Assembly: GCA_965204115.1 (NCBI GenBank)
Contig: OZ241963.1
Span: 306,489-370,488 of the forward strand
DNA length: 64,000 nt
Source of the DNA: Minisyncoccota bacterium
GTDB lineage: Bacteria > Patescibacteriota > Minisyncoccia > Phycocordibacterales > JABAAK01
Direction of reading: 5' to 3'
Under the pieces are notes generated by a model. It was not told where the DNA came from. It saw only the letters and a program-made list of their open reading frames with translations, and made no database searches. Made by a program: the position numbers and the translations under genes. This document shows, in pieces, positions 18,898-29,487 of this stretch; position 1 is the stretch's first letter; every line of letters starts with the position of its first letter.

Positions 18898-19965
18898 ATG
18901 ATTACCACATATTCTGATTACCACACAAAGAGAAAAATTACTACGGGGCGACTGATATACCTACTTACCACTCTGGGCGTTGTTTTGCTTGTATTCCTGT
19001 TCTCAGTTGGCTACCGAGCAGTAACCGCTTACACCCAGTCCCTGCACGAACAAATTGAGGGTATTAAAACACAGCACCAAGATGAGATTGACACCCTGAT
19101 GGAGCAGCAAAAAGCGGCTGTTGAGGCAGCAGAGGAAGCGAAATGGGTTGCTACGAAAGAGGCACAAGTAGTGAAGGCGGCTATGGAGCGCGCACAAAGA
19201 GAGGTGAAAGCAGCTGCTATCACCCCTATTTCGACCGACACCAGTGTTGGCAGCAGCACAGACCTCACGGCAGCAGAGATCGAGCGATTGTCTCGTTCAA
19301 TTGTAGAAATTAAGTGTAGTCGTATGGCCGGTTCCGGCTTCCTGTTCAGAATACCGAATAAGTCTGGTGGTGTACGAAATGCCGTATTTACCAACAACCA
19401 CACTATTGAGAAGGATATGCGTGCCGGAACGCCGTCGTGTTATGTGGATAATGACTTTTTCCCGACCGCAGCACCTACTGGAGTTATTGACATCAGACCG
19501 GATAAGGATAAGATGACAGTGTTTAACCATTATGCTGACTTTGTGGCAGCAGACCTGCACTTGTTGCACGGCGATGACCGAAAGAAGCTTGACGAAAGGT
19601 ACCGCGCGGGAGAAAGGTACCTTAGCCAGCTCGATTTCTTTTCTTTGGACACGATGCCATTGTGTCCGGCCGACCACCCTACAGGGAGTGTTGTATATGC
19701 GATGGGATACCCAACATACTCACGAGGAAACATTGTCGTAGTGAAGAACAGCATTATCGGAAAAGACAACATGATCAAAAACCTTCCTCATGATGACTAT
19801 CTCACATCAGCAAGTATCGATTCTGGGATGTCCGGTGGAGCAGCTTTTTCTAAAACAAAGAACGGAGAAATCTGCCTGCTCGGCATAAACACCTGGGTAC
19901 TCAAAGGCACCTACGAAAATGTCGGTGTTATCCAGAACATCCACAACATCATGTACTCGAAATAA
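18898..19965 (+). CDS. Membrane-anchored trypsin-like (S1) serine protease with coiled-coil stalk
   Basis: TM helix, coiled coil, GSGF, TNNH (His), YADF (Asp), DSGMSGG (Ser). Confidence 0.85.
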   Translation: MITTYSDYHTKRKITTGRLIYLLTTLGVVLLVFLFSVGYRAVTAYTQSLHEQIEGIKTQHQDEIDTLMEQQKAAVEAAEEAKWVATKEAQVVKAAMERAQREVKAAAITPISTDTSVGSSTDLTAAEIERLSRSIVEIKCSRMAGSGFLFRIPNKSGGVRNAVFTNNHTIEKDMRAGTPSCYVDNDFFPTAAPTGVIDIRPDKDKMTVFNHYADFVAADLHLLHGDDRKKLDERYRAGERYLSQLDFFSLDTMPLCPADHPTGSVVYAMGYPTYSRGNIVVVKNSIIGKDNMIKNLPHDDYLTSASIDSGMSGGAAFSKTKNGEICLLGINTWVLKGTYENVGVIQNIHNIMYSK

Positions 19966-19984
19966 GCATTTAGCTTTTCGGCAG

Positions 19985-20025
19985 AAAACAACACCACGCC
20001 CACTATAGGGCGCGGTGTTGTTTTT
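19985..20025. terminator. Bidirectional intrinsic terminator
   Basis: AAAACAACACCACGCCC-loop-GGGCGCGGTGTTGTTTT between convergent genes. Confidence 0.8.
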
Positions 20026-20068
20026 ATTCGTACTCTAATACTTTTTTCATCTCTTTCCTCAACCGTTA

Positions 20069-21184
20069 CTACCCCTCCAATGCCCGTAGAGCAGCGCCGA
20101 CGGCGACGGAGAATTCTGATCCGCTTTCTTTGAGGGTTTCGCTGAGGAGGGCAGGATGCCGCAGCCGTGAAAAAGGGTTTGCTATCTCAACACTGTTTTT
20201 TGTTTTTGCCTTCACCTCTTCCAGAAGTCCTTTCATAGATGCGCCGCCGCCGGTGAGTACAATCTTAGAGATGGATTGACGGTATCGCTGCTCAAAATCA
20301 ACAATCGCGTTGTTTGCTTCCGTGAAAATCTCATCAATAACTAATGACATCGCATGGCGGACTTCCTTGTCCTCTATGGTAAAGCCGAATTCCCGCTTTT
20401 TGTGTTCTGCCTCTTTGAATGATATGTCTTCCGCGCGCGCTATTGCCTGCGATATATTCTGCCCTCCTTGGTTTACGAAAAATGATCGAAGAATAATGCC
20501 GTGTTCAACGACATATAGTTTTGTGGATCGCGCCCCTATGTCGATGATGATGACCGGAAGCCCGCCATCATACACCGAGGAACGAAGTGTGCTGAATATC
20601 TCAATTTCAAAGTATTGGGTGTTTAGGGCAGTTTTCCCCAGAATGTTTTTATGTTTGATAAGTTCGTGGTTGTGAATGGCGATGAGGAGCACTTTTCGTT
20701 TTTCACTCTGTGCGATAGGTGCAATGTCATCCTCAAAAATAGGCGCGTCATCCCGTCTCAAGAGTGCCTGTGGCACTACAAACCAGTCCAGCGATACATC
20801 TTCCAATGGTACCGGGATGTATCGCTTTGCCTCAAAAGGAATGGTTTGCGCTATTTTCTCATCGGAGAGTGCCGGCACTTCAATGAGTGATATCAAGCTG
20901 GAGTGAAATGGTATGGAAACACACGCCAGCGATGCGGTTATCTTTGCTTCTTGCAGCAGCGCCGCTAATACCGTGTGCAGCACTTCTTCACCGGCGTTTG
21001 CGTGCTGTCCAATCTCAGTATCCTCCACATAGGGTCCGATTGCCAATGATCCGTAGGTCTCTAAGACGGCAACCCCTTTTTCCTGCCGCACTTGTACCAC
21101 TTTCACTGCGGATGACCCGATGTCTATCCCGACAACACTGTGCTTGCCCCTCTTTAAAAACGAAAAAACTCGTGGTATTGGCAT
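20069..21184 (-). CDS. pilM: Type IV pilus assembly protein PilM
   Basis: VGIDIGSSAVKVV, EAKRYIP, IDIGARST, LTGGGA, VAVGAALR. Confidence 0.92.
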   Translation of the reverse strand: MPIPRVFSFLKRGKHSVVGIDIGSSAVKVVQVRQEKGVAVLETYGSLAIGPYVEDTEIGQHANAGEEVLHTVLAALLQEAKITASLACVSIPFHSSLISLIEVPALSDEKIAQTIPFEAKRYIPVPLEDVSLDWFVVPQALLRRDDAPIFEDDIAPIAQSEKRKVLLIAIHNHELIKHKNILGKTALNTQYFEIEIFSTLRSSVYDGGLPVIIIDIGARSTKLYVVEHGIILRSFFVNQGGQNISQAIARAEDISFKEAEHKKREFGFTIEDKEVRHAMSLVIDEIFTEANNAIVDFEQRYRQSISKIVLTGGGASMKGLLEEVKAKTKNSVEIANPFSRLRHPALLSETLKESGSEFSVAVGAALRALEG

Positions 21185-21219
21185 TGTATTAAAAGTATTT
21201 AGGTATAGTATACAGTATA

Positions 21220-21879
21220 ATGACGGTAAAAAATTGGTTTATTGATTTTTTGGCAGCGCTATTGGAGGCGGCATTTCCGAAAAAGAAGCACAGTGTCGCT
21301 GCACAAAAACAGGGCGCTGAGGTCATTACCCGCCGGATACGGCCGACCCATCGGCGGGGACATCTTACCTTCCTGCCATATCGCGATAGTGCGGTGAAAC
21401 ACTTTTTATACGCCATAAAGTATGAACGGCACCGTGAGAGCATTACTTTGGCAGCGGATATTTTTCGGGATGCTCTGTATGAGGCAGTGCAGGAGGAGGA
21501 GACGATACATGCCATGCGTTATGCTCTCTGCACCGTGCCGGCAACATCAGAGCGGAGCGCGCACGACGGCTATAATCACCTGCACACCATCCTTGATGTG
21601 CTGTATACCCATACGCCAAATACTGAGCCCTCTCCGGAAGATAAAAGAAATCTGCTCACCTGGAATCGATCGGTCAGCAGACAAAGCTCCCTGAAAAACC
21701 GGCCGGAACGGTACCGCAATGTCAACGGCGCAATGGCTGTTACTGAGCAAATCCATCCCAATACTATCTACTTTGTTATAGATGACATTACCACTACCGG
21801 TGCCACCCTCACCGAAGCTCGCCGAACGCTCACTGCAAACGGCGCACATACGGTTATTACCCTTGCCCTCGCACATTAG
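21220..21879 (+). CDS. ComF-family phosphoribosyltransferase-like protein
   Basis: AIKY, RQSSL...ERYRNV, VIDDITTTGATL. Confidence 0.8.
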   Translation: MTVKNWFIDFLAALLEAAFPKKKHSVAAQKQGAEVITRRIRPTHRRGHLTFLPYRDSAVKHFLYAIKYERHRESITLAADIFRDALYEAVQEEETIHAMRYALCTVPATSERSAHDGYNHLHTILDVLYTHTPNTEPSPEDKRNLLTWNRSVSRQSSLKNRPERYRNVNGAMAVTEQIHPNTIYFVIDDITTTGATLTEARRTLTANGAHTVITLALAH

Positions 21880-21897
21880 GTACCGACAACATGCACC

Positions 21898-23790
21898 TTA
21901 CCGTACTTCATACCCACCCTGCCCTAATGTCTCATATACACCGTCCATCTGCTTGTTCACTGTTGCATCATCAAGGGTTTCAGTGTTTGATTGGAACACC
22001 AGGCGGAATGCGTATGACTGCCGACCATCTTTCTCGAATGCATCAAATACATTGACCTGCTGCAAATATTCTCCGCCGCTCTTTCGCAAAAGTGCTTCCG
22101 TTTTCTTTGCGTCAGCGCCTTCCGGCACAAACACTGCCACATCCCGCAAGATGAACGGATACTTAGATGGCGGCACATACTGTACCCTGTGTATTGATGC
22201 TGTTTCTCCGGCAGCGTGACGCACCTGCGTCGCCTCCAGCGGCACTTCCCATACCCCGTCCTCAAAACCGCCTGCGATGTCCAGCACTTGCTTCACCTCC
22301 TTTTCAATAGCCGCCATATCCGCCTTTCCTCGCCCTAATGTTTCCCGAGCGCCGAGCGCAAGATGGGTCTTCTCCCCTTTTTTGGTAAATACATTCCCGA
22401 TTTCTGCAACTCGTACCGCATCCAGCCCTAATAATTCTCCGTTGTAGGCGTTCTGTTCTAGCGCCTTCTCTACCCCCGGTCGTAACGATGACCGCAGGCA
22501 CCCTTTATCTTTAGCCACCGGACGCGCAACACATACAGTGTCCTTTGCACGAAACGAGGAGGTCATCACTTCAGAAAACCCGATACCCTGTAATGCCCGC
22601 AATACCGAAATCCGTTTCATCAGCATGTCAGTATTCGCCGACACAAGCCGGTTGCGCGTCCGCATGAACAAGGAACGCAGCTTGCCGCCCGTGGGTGGAA
22701 TACTTGGGACTGAATCATATCCGAGTATCCGCCCTATCTCCTCAATCATGTCATATTCATCCCGCACATCCGGTCGCTCGATCGGTATTGACACAGTGAA
22801 TTGTTCCTGAGAATCGTTTTTGCGCGTAAATTCCAGTCGTTGTAATGCATCGGCAATTTCTTTCTGAGTGTAAGCGGTGCCGAGCAATGTGTTCACCCCG
22901 ACAACTGAGACCTTCACTTCTTCCTGCTTTTTCAATGAAACTCTTTGATCGTCAAATGAATCAACAGTAGAGCCGTGCTGCCCGAACAACTCTGCGACAC
23001 GGTGTGCAGTATAATCAATGAGCTCCGGCGGGAACCCTTGTGAAAAACGCAATGCGGCATCAGATATAAGTCCTACTCGCCGCATTGTTCGCCGTACACT
23101 TACATTGTTAAACGAAGCGATCTCTATGTACACTTCCTTCGTGTCCTCATCCACCCTTGTTTCCTCACCTCCTTTCACACCCGCAAGTGCGATAGAGCGA
23201 TCATTCTTCGCATCTGTTATCACCACATCATCCTCCCGCAGCGCCACCTCTTCTCCGCCAAGTATTACCAATTGTTCATCAGCTTTTGCCTGCCGCACGC
23301 CGAACTGCCCCGACACTTTCCGCGCGTCAAATGCGTGTATCGGTTGCCCGATATCAAATAAAATATAGTTTGACAAATCAACAATCGGATGAATACACCG
23401 CTGCCCGACTGCCTCAAGATGTTTCTGTATTTTTGCAGGTGTCTCAGCGAGTGCTATATTCGTGACTTTCAGTATGGTGTACCGATCGCATTTCTCTGTT
23501 TGTATATATTCCGCCGCGTTGTTGAATGAAAACTGCTCCTGAAAATATCGCCGCTTGAGCGGTAATGAAAATATTGCTGCGATTTCTTTTGCGATGCCGT
23601 AGTGCGCGAGACAGTCAGCAGACCGATTCGGCAGGATGTCCAGTTCATACACCGTATCACCACCCTCCATAGAGCACACTTCTTCAATTTCAAATGAGTG
23701 CTTCAGTAGCCCCTCACTCACCGCCTCGGGTGCAGGCAGCGGTTTATCAAAAAAACTTTGTAGCCATTGATGGCTGTATACACCTTTCAT
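21898..23790 (-). CDS. pheT: Phenylalanine--tRNA ligase beta subunit
   Basis: ILPNRSADCL, GQPIHAFD, DMIEEIGRILGY, C-terminal FDX-ACB SKYPFILRD...SYAFRLVFQ. Confidence 0.93.
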   Translation of the reverse strand: MKGVYSHQWLQSFFDKPLPAPEAVSEGLLKHSFEIEEVCSMEGGDTVYELDILPNRSADCLAHYGIAKEIAAIFSLPLKRRYFQEQFSFNNAAEYIQTEKCDRYTILKVTNIALAETPAKIQKHLEAVGQRCIHPIVDLSNYILFDIGQPIHAFDARKVSGQFGVRQAKADEQLVILGGEEVALREDDVVITDAKNDRSIALAGVKGGEETRVDEDTKEVYIEIASFNNVSVRRTMRRVGLISDAALRFSQGFPPELIDYTAHRVAELFGQHGSTVDSFDDQRVSLKKQEEVKVSVVGVNTLLGTAYTQKEIADALQRLEFTRKNDSQEQFTVSIPIERPDVRDEYDMIEEIGRILGYDSVPSIPPTGGKLRSLFMRTRNRLVSANTDMLMKRISVLRALQGIGFSEVMTSSFRAKDTVCVARPVAKDKGCLRSSLRPGVEKALEQNAYNGELLGLDAVRVAEIGNVFTKKGEKTHLALGARETLGRGKADMAAIEKEVKQVLDIAGGFEDGVWEVPLEATQVRHAAGETASIHRVQYVPPSKYPFILRDVAVFVPEGADAKKTEALLRKSGGEYLQQVNVFDAFEKDGRQSYAFRLVFQSNTETLDDATVNKQMDGVYETLGQGGYEVR

Positions 23791-23792
23791 AA

Positions 23793-24500
23793 TTAAAACT
23801 GAGTAACTAGTCGCAGATCACCGTTGTAGAGCAGGCGAATGTCGCTGATGCGATGCCGCAACATTGCGATGCGATCCACCCCCATTCCGAACGCAAAACC
23901 ACGATACTTGCCGGAATCAATACCCACCCGCGCAAGCACTTGCCGATGTACCATACCGCACCCTAACACCTCAAGCCATTTCTCATCGCTCTCCCGCTTC
24001 ATATCCACCTCTAAGCTCGGCTCCGTAAACGGAAAGAAGCTCGGCCGATACCGCACCTGCACGACATCACCGAACAGTCGCCGCAGCAGTGTGTCAAGTA
24101 TCCCTTTCATATCCGCCAAGGTTGCGTCTTCAGTAACACACAACCCCTCTATCTGATGAAACTGCACCTCATGGGTTGCGTCAGTCGCCTCGTTCCGAAA
24201 TACTTTCCCCGGCACCACCACCCGCACCGGTGGTTTATGTTTCTCCATATACCGCACCTGCACCGGTGAGGTGTGTGTCCTCATTAATTTCTCTTTTTCA
24301 CCTTTGATCCAGAAGGTGTCGTGCATTTCCCGCGCAGGATGTTCCTCAGGGATATTCAGCGCCTCAAAATTATAGTACGCCGTCTCTAATTCCGGTCCGG
24401 AAGCAACTTGATATCCAAATTCCCGAAAAATACCCACAATCTCCCCCATTATTGCTGAAATTGGGTGCATGCTCCCCTGCTTCTCCTGCCCGCTCTTCAT
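23793..24500 (-). CDS. pheS: Phenylalanine--tRNA ligase alpha subunit (short)
   Basis: NFEALNIPEEHPAREMHDTF, RTHTSPVQ, FPFTEPS, GFAFGMGVDR. Confidence 0.96.
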   Translation of the reverse strand: MKSGQEKQGSMHPISAIMGEIVGIFREFGYQVASGPELETAYYNFEALNIPEEHPAREMHDTFWIKGEKEKLMRTHTSPVQVRYMEKHKPPVRVVVPGKVFRNEATDATHEVQFHQIEGLCVTEDATLADMKGILDTLLRRLFGDVVQVRYRPSFFPFTEPSLEVDMKRESDEKWLEVLGCGMVHRQVLARVGIDSGKYRGFAFGMGVDRIAMLRHRISDIRLLYNGDLRLVTQF

Positions 24501-24553
24501 TGGTACACAGTATATCACACTCGCTTTGGACAACTGTGGCACTATACTCTCTA

Positions 24554-25021
24554 ATGGTGCTTATTCTCTTAGAAAACATCCGTAGCATGCTTAATGTCGG
24601 CGGTGTATTTAGAATTGCCGATGCGGTTGGATCTGAAAAGATATTGCTTGTCGGGTATACACCGGCACCGATAGACAGGATGGGCCGGGAAAATATGAAA
24701 CTTGCTAAAACTGCGCTTGGCGCGGAGCGATCTGTCTTGTGGCAGCGGTACGAAACCACCCCTGATGCGCTTGCCGCACATCCGGAGCATAGTCCGATAG
24801 TTGTGGAACAAACACCAACGGCGATACCATACACTGAGCACAGGGTGTCGCGCAATTCTTTGTACATTTTTGGCAGTGAGACAGACGGTGTGCAGTCGGA
24901 GACACTGGGCACTATTGCCACCCACATTCACCTCCCGATGCACGGAATGAAAGAATCACTTAATGTGACTACCGCAGCTGCGGTCATTCTGTACCACCAC
25001 CTTTTCGCTGCGCAGGTATAG
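24554..25021 (+). CDS. TrmH/SpoU family RNA methyltransferase
   Basis: ENIRSMLNVG, FGSETDG, LPMHGMKESLNV. Confidence 0.88.
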   Translation: MVLILLENIRSMLNVGGVFRIADAVGSEKILLVGYTPAPIDRMGRENMKLAKTALGAERSVLWQRYETTPDALAAHPEHSPIVVEQTPTAIPYTEHRVSRNSLYIFGSETDGVQSETLGTIATHIHLPMHGMKESLNVTTAAAVILYHHLFAAQV

Positions 25022-25024
25022 TGC

Positions 25025-26410
25025 TTATTCACCGTATCGCACGGTAACGGTTATCTTTTTCTCGTTTGCTGGCAATGTGTTGCGCCATGCAGGGAATATG
25101 GTTGGTGTTTTGTGCTGTATCACTTGCGGGTATTCATTCGTAAGGATGTCGGCAACCTCTTTGCGGTTTTTTCTGACGATGTCGCTCGTGAGCAGTTCCG
25201 TGTCAATATCCCAGGATAGCTTTGCCGTTCCGCTCAGGCGGAAACTGAACTCTGTTGAAGAGATAATTTCAAACTCATCACTTTTTTCAAGACTCATAGA
25301 TAAATCTTTTGCTTCAATGCGCGCCGGTGGCACCGTTTGTACCGGTGATGATGTGTATTTTGCCAGTAGTGCCGCAAGCTCCGTTTCTCGGAATGATATT
25401 GCATAGAGTTCCCCTTTTTCACAAATCATTTGATCTTCACACCCTTCATCTTTCTTCGTTAGCGACTCAAACTCAATAAATATTCCCTCTTCAAACACTA
25501 CCCGCTCAGACAGTGAATTGTTTGCCACTGACTGTGCTAACATATCCCGCACCTCTTTTTCTATGTTTCGGCGCAGGTGTTCCCGTATTTTTGCCGCCTC
25601 AGTCGGATCAGGGATGAAGTTCTCGCCACTGGATCCTCCGATAATTTTTTCGGTAGTGATTGCGTGGGAATCAGCAAATCCTTTATATTTTGCAAGACCG
25701 GGAATGGAGAGTCGAGTGCCTTTATTCGGCAAATTAAAGTCGTCGCCGAAATTGTCTGCCTCTATTTTTACCTCTTTACTGCCCGGTACAAATTTGCCGT
25801 TTACCGTTTTACCGCCCGGGATAACATGTGTTCCGATAAGCCGATACATCTTGCCGTTTTCGGACTGCAGCCTCGTGCGGTTGATGAGTGGATCTAAGCT
25901 TTCGCCGGAAGGGTTAGTGTTATACAGTATAACGGTCCCGGTTGCTCGTGTGTTTTGCAGCTCCCAGGTCCCTTTTTCTATTGGTGCCGTTTGTGTGGCT
26001 TCAAACACGCCGAGTCGGGAGTATGAGATATCTTTTGACTGTGCCGGCTCACGCACTGCATTGAATACGCCGTCCACAGAAACCTCAGCGGTTGAGAGCG
26101 TCAAGTCCAGTGTCGCTGTCGCAAATACTGTCGTTAAGAGAAATAGCACAGTTATCGCAACGAGGGTGAAGAAGACCGCCGCCTTTTTTCCGATGCCGGA
26201 TTTTTGCTTTCGCCTCATTTGCCTCTGCGTACCCTGCCTGCCGATACTCCGCCTTCTTACTGTTTTTACTGACTGCCGCTTCTTTGCGCCGGTTCGTTTT
26301 TGTGCTCCACGCAGATTTGACCGCTCAATGGAGCGGAGATTTTTACCTCCTTCTGCTTCATCACTCTCTTCGGATGGTTGTATTTCTTCATTCATCTCCT
26401 CTTCTTCCAT
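25025..26410 (-). CDS. Membrane-anchored hypothetical protein (baseplate J-like region)
   Basis: Charged N-terminus, single TM helix, ATGTVILYN...TRL...IPG. Confidence 0.65.
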   Translation of the reverse strand: MEEEEMNEEIQPSEESDEAEGGKNLRSIERSNLRGAQKRTGAKKRQSVKTVRRRSIGRQGTQRQMRRKQKSGIGKKAAVFFTLVAITVLFLLTTVFATATLDLTLSTAEVSVDGVFNAVREPAQSKDISYSRLGVFEATQTAPIEKGTWELQNTRATGTVILYNTNPSGESLDPLINRTRLQSENGKMYRLIGTHVIPGGKTVNGKFVPGSKEVKIEADNFGDDFNLPNKGTRLSIPGLAKYKGFADSHAITTEKIIGGSSGENFIPDPTEAAKIREHLRRNIEKEVRDMLAQSVANNSLSERVVFEEGIFIEFESLTKKDEGCEDQMICEKGELYAISFRETELAALLAKYTSSPVQTVPPARIEAKDLSMSLEKSDEFEIISSTEFSFRLSGTAKLSWDIDTELLTSDIVRKNRKEVADILTNEYPQVIQHKTPTIFPAWRNTLPANEKKITVTVRYGE

Positions 26411-26515
26411 AGATGTCTTTTATTATACCACTATACTAGTCCCCAAAAATCTGCCTGTGGAATACAGCAAAGAATGAGTCGTCGCTGCAAAAAACCCAAC
26501 AAAACGGGCTGTTTA

Positions 26516-28633
26516 CTATATATCTAGGGTGGCGTAGGTTGCGTTTTCCTGTATAAATGCCTTTCGTGGGGCGACTTCGCTACCCATCAGCATATCAAAG
26601 GTTCTGTCAGCGTTTTCAGCATCCTCTATAGACACCCGCTTCAGTACTCGGTTTTCAACATTCATCGTGGTGTCGCGCAGCTCTTCAAAATTCATTTCGC
26701 CCAATCCTTTGTACCGCTGTACCGTCACACCTGCTATCTTTGCTTCGTCTTCGCTGATGTCGGCTTTTTTCTTGCTCGCCGCTTTTGTGGTCTTTTTCTT
26801 CGTGAACTCTTCCAGCACTGCATCCCGTTCTTGATCTGAATATACATACCGCATGTCCTTCCCTTTCGCCACCTTGTATAACGGTGGTTGTGCAAAATAG
26901 ACATTACCGCTCTCAATAAGCCGCTTGAAGTGGCGGAAAAAGAGGGTTAAGAGGAGTGTGCGGATGTGTGCTCCGTCAACATCGGCATCGGTCGCGATGA
27001 TGATCTTATCGTAGCGCAATTTTTCTATATCAAATGAATCGCCGATGGAGGTTCCCAGGGCGATGGCAAGTGCTTTTATCTCCTCTGATGCCATCATCCG
27101 GTCTATACGCACCCGCTCTACATTCAGTATTTTTCCGCGCAACGGCAACACCGCTTGTGTCTTCCTGTCTCTCCCCTGTTTTGCGGTGCCGCCTGCCGAT
27201 TCTCCCTCCACAATGAAAAGCTCGGAATCCGCGCGGTTTCGTGATTGGCAGTCCGCCAGTTTGCCGGGCAGGGTCATGCCGTCAAACGCGCCTTTTCGCA
27301 GAATACTGTCCTTTACTGCGCGCGCCGCTTTTCGCGCTTGTAATGCTAATGACACCTTGGTGACGATGTTTCGCGCGTCAGCAGGGTGTTCTTCTAAAAA
27401 TGTTTTAAATGCTTTATTGAAAGCACTTTGTACTGCCGATCGCGCCTCTACGCTTCCGAGTTTTGCTTTCGTTTGTCCCTCAAATTGAATTTCCGGCAGT
27501 TTGACTGAAACAATAGCCGTGATGCCTTCCAGTGCATCATCAGCGGTAAAGTTATCAGCATCTTTGGTGAGATTCTTATCCTTCGCATAGGTGTTGACAA
27601 CTCTGGTCAGCGCGGTTTTGAAGCCGGTCACATGAGTCCCGCCTTCGGTGTTCGGGATGGTGTTTCCGAAGGCAAACAGGCGCGGGGATATGTCGTCTAC
27701 ATACTGTAAAGCAATCTCTACTCCCACATCACCGACCTGCTCCTCGGTGTAAAAAATGTTCTGATGGATGGGCTTTTGTCGGTTGTTGTGGTACCGCACG
27801 AACGAGGTGAGACCGCTGTCATAGAAAAATGAATAGGTCGGCGCTTCCGGCAGTTCCGCATGCACAAAGAGGGAATCCTCCAGGATGTTTTTTGTTTCTG
27901 CCTGCCTTGCGTCAACGATTCGGATGTGCAATGATTTTACCAAAAACGCTTGGTTGCGCATATGGTCTTTGATGCGCTTTATGTCAAACACTTCGCCGTT
28001 AAATTCAGTGGTGGTGAAAACGGACGGGTCTGCGCGAAACTGCACCACGGTTCCCTTTCTGTCTGTGGAGCCGATTTTTTTTACCTTTGCAGTCGGCTTG
28101 CCGAGGTGGTACTCCTGTTGAAATAATGTTTTTTCCCGGTGTACCCGCACCAACACCTCGGTTGATAGGGCGTTGACAACTGATACTCCGACACCGTGCA
28201 GTCCGCCTGATACCTTGTATCCGCCATCTCCGAATTTTCCTCCTGCGTGTAGGGTAGTCATGATGGTTTCAAGCGCGGATACTTTTGTCTTTGGATGGAT
28301 GTCGGTCGGGATACCCCGTCCATTGTCCGCCACCCGCACCACATCGTCAGGTAGGAGGGTGATTTCAATCTCATTCGCATGCCCCGCCATCGCCTCATCC
28401 CGCGAGTTATCAAATACTTCCCAGATGAGGTGATAGAGTCCGTCAATCCCGGTTGTTCCGATGTACATTCCGGGTCGACGGCGCACTGCCTCAAGCCCTT
28501 CGAGGACCGTGATGTCGCTGGCACTGTAGCTGCTGTCCTGCACGGTCGCCTTACTCGCTGCTTTTGCTGTCGATTTTTTAGCGGCTTTTTTAACAGATTT
28601 TTTCTTGACTGTTTTCTTCTTCGGCTTCGGCAT
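26516..28633 (-). CDS. gyrB: DNA gyrase subunit B
   Basis: EGLEAVRRRPGMYIG, DNGRGIP, SGGLHGVG, VEGESAGG, PLRGKILN, DADVDG, QRYKGLGEM. Confidence 0.96.
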   Translation of the reverse strand: MPKPKKKTVKKKSVKKAAKKSTAKAASKATVQDSSYSASDITVLEGLEAVRRRPGMYIGTTGIDGLYHLIWEVFDNSRDEAMAGHANEIEITLLPDDVVRVADNGRGIPTDIHPKTKVSALETIMTTLHAGGKFGDGGYKVSGGLHGVGVSVVNALSTEVLVRVHREKTLFQQEYHLGKPTAKVKKIGSTDRKGTVVQFRADPSVFTTTEFNGEVFDIKRIKDHMRNQAFLVKSLHIRIVDARQAETKNILEDSLFVHAELPEAPTYSFFYDSGLTSFVRYHNNRQKPIHQNIFYTEEQVGDVGVEIALQYVDDISPRLFAFGNTIPNTEGGTHVTGFKTALTRVVNTYAKDKNLTKDADNFTADDALEGITAIVSVKLPEIQFEGQTKAKLGSVEARSAVQSAFNKAFKTFLEEHPADARNIVTKVSLALQARKAARAVKDSILRKGAFDGMTLPGKLADCQSRNRADSELFIVEGESAGGTAKQGRDRKTQAVLPLRGKILNVERVRIDRMMASEEIKALAIALGTSIGDSFDIEKLRYDKIIIATDADVDGAHIRTLLLTLFFRHFKRLIESGNVYFAQPPLYKVAKGKDMRYVYSDQERDAVLEEFTKKKTTKAASKKKADISEDEAKIAGVTVQRYKGLGEMNFEELRDTTMNVENRVLKRVSIEDAENADRTFDMLMGSEVAPRKAFIQENATYATLDI

Positions 28634-28663
28634 ATATAGGGGAGTATACCACACCTTTATGGC

Positions 28664-29398
28664 CTATGCGTCCAGATAAACCTCTACAATTTCGCTGGAT
28701 ACCGCGTCGTCCTCATAGAACTGCGGATGATGGCGCACCGGCTCAGCGGTTGCGGTGCCCTGGTCCCTGTTCGCATCTCCGTACACCGGATCTGGCTGTC
28801 CACCCGCAAATCCTGAACCAATCGGCTCGTTTTTCTCGGTACCCGCATCTATAATTTCTGTTACGACACTCCCCCGCTGCAGATCGCCGCTTTCTGCGTT
28901 GAAGAGCGGATGACCGTTCAGCCACACAACGCCGTCGTTCGTCTCAAGAATCATTGCCATATAGCTGATAACGATGGCATTAGCGCCGCTTCGGTATTCT
29001 TTTTTGTCGATAATTGAGCGAGGAATAGTTATGTACTGCGTTACTCCCGACGGAATTTCTTCAACGACAAGCACCTCAGCTACATCAGAGTTGTCCCGCA
29101 ATAAAGAGATGACTTCAGACGGATCACCGGTCTCAGCGAGCGGCTCATACCCCTCGGGCAGCTCTACACCCAAGAAATTCATAGAAAAATCATTGTTATG
29201 CAATACCAATACACCCGGGGCGATGGTATATTCGGAAGTGTTCGTAAACTGAATAGTTGGGTTCGTTGCTGTCTCTTCACTGACAGGGGCATCAATCCGG
29301 GATGATGGCGTGAGGTCCGCCACAACTTTTACCAGCACACCGATCACAGTGATAGCCCCGACAATGATGATAAAGATAATCCATTTATTCATATACAC
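28664..29398 (-). CDS. Spondin-domain membrane-anchored protein
   Basis: FTNTS...APGVLVLH, LAETGD, AMILETNDG, DAGTEKN. Confidence 0.75.
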   Translation of the reverse strand: MYMNKWIIFIIIVGAITVIGVLVKVVADLTPSSRIDAPVSEETATNPTIQFTNTSEYTIAPGVLVLHNNDFSMNFLGVELPEGYEPLAETGDPSEVISLLRDNSDVAEVLVVEEIPSGVTQYITIPRSIIDKKEYRSGANAIVISYMAMILETNDGVVWLNGHPLFNAESGDLQRGSVVTEIIDAGTEKNEPIGSGFAGGQPDPVYGDANRDQGTATAEPVRHHPQFYEDDAVSSEIVEVYLDA

Positions 29399-29487
29399 GA
29401 TTAAAGAACATTATTAATTGATTAGTGTCAGTATACCATACCAACAAACGCAGCATCTTATCCACAGGCATCAACCTCCTATAAGTG

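Noticed and set aside
25025-26410. Phage baseplate gene indicating a prophage
   Set aside because: Isolated membrane-anchored gene among housekeeping genes, with no other phage functions.
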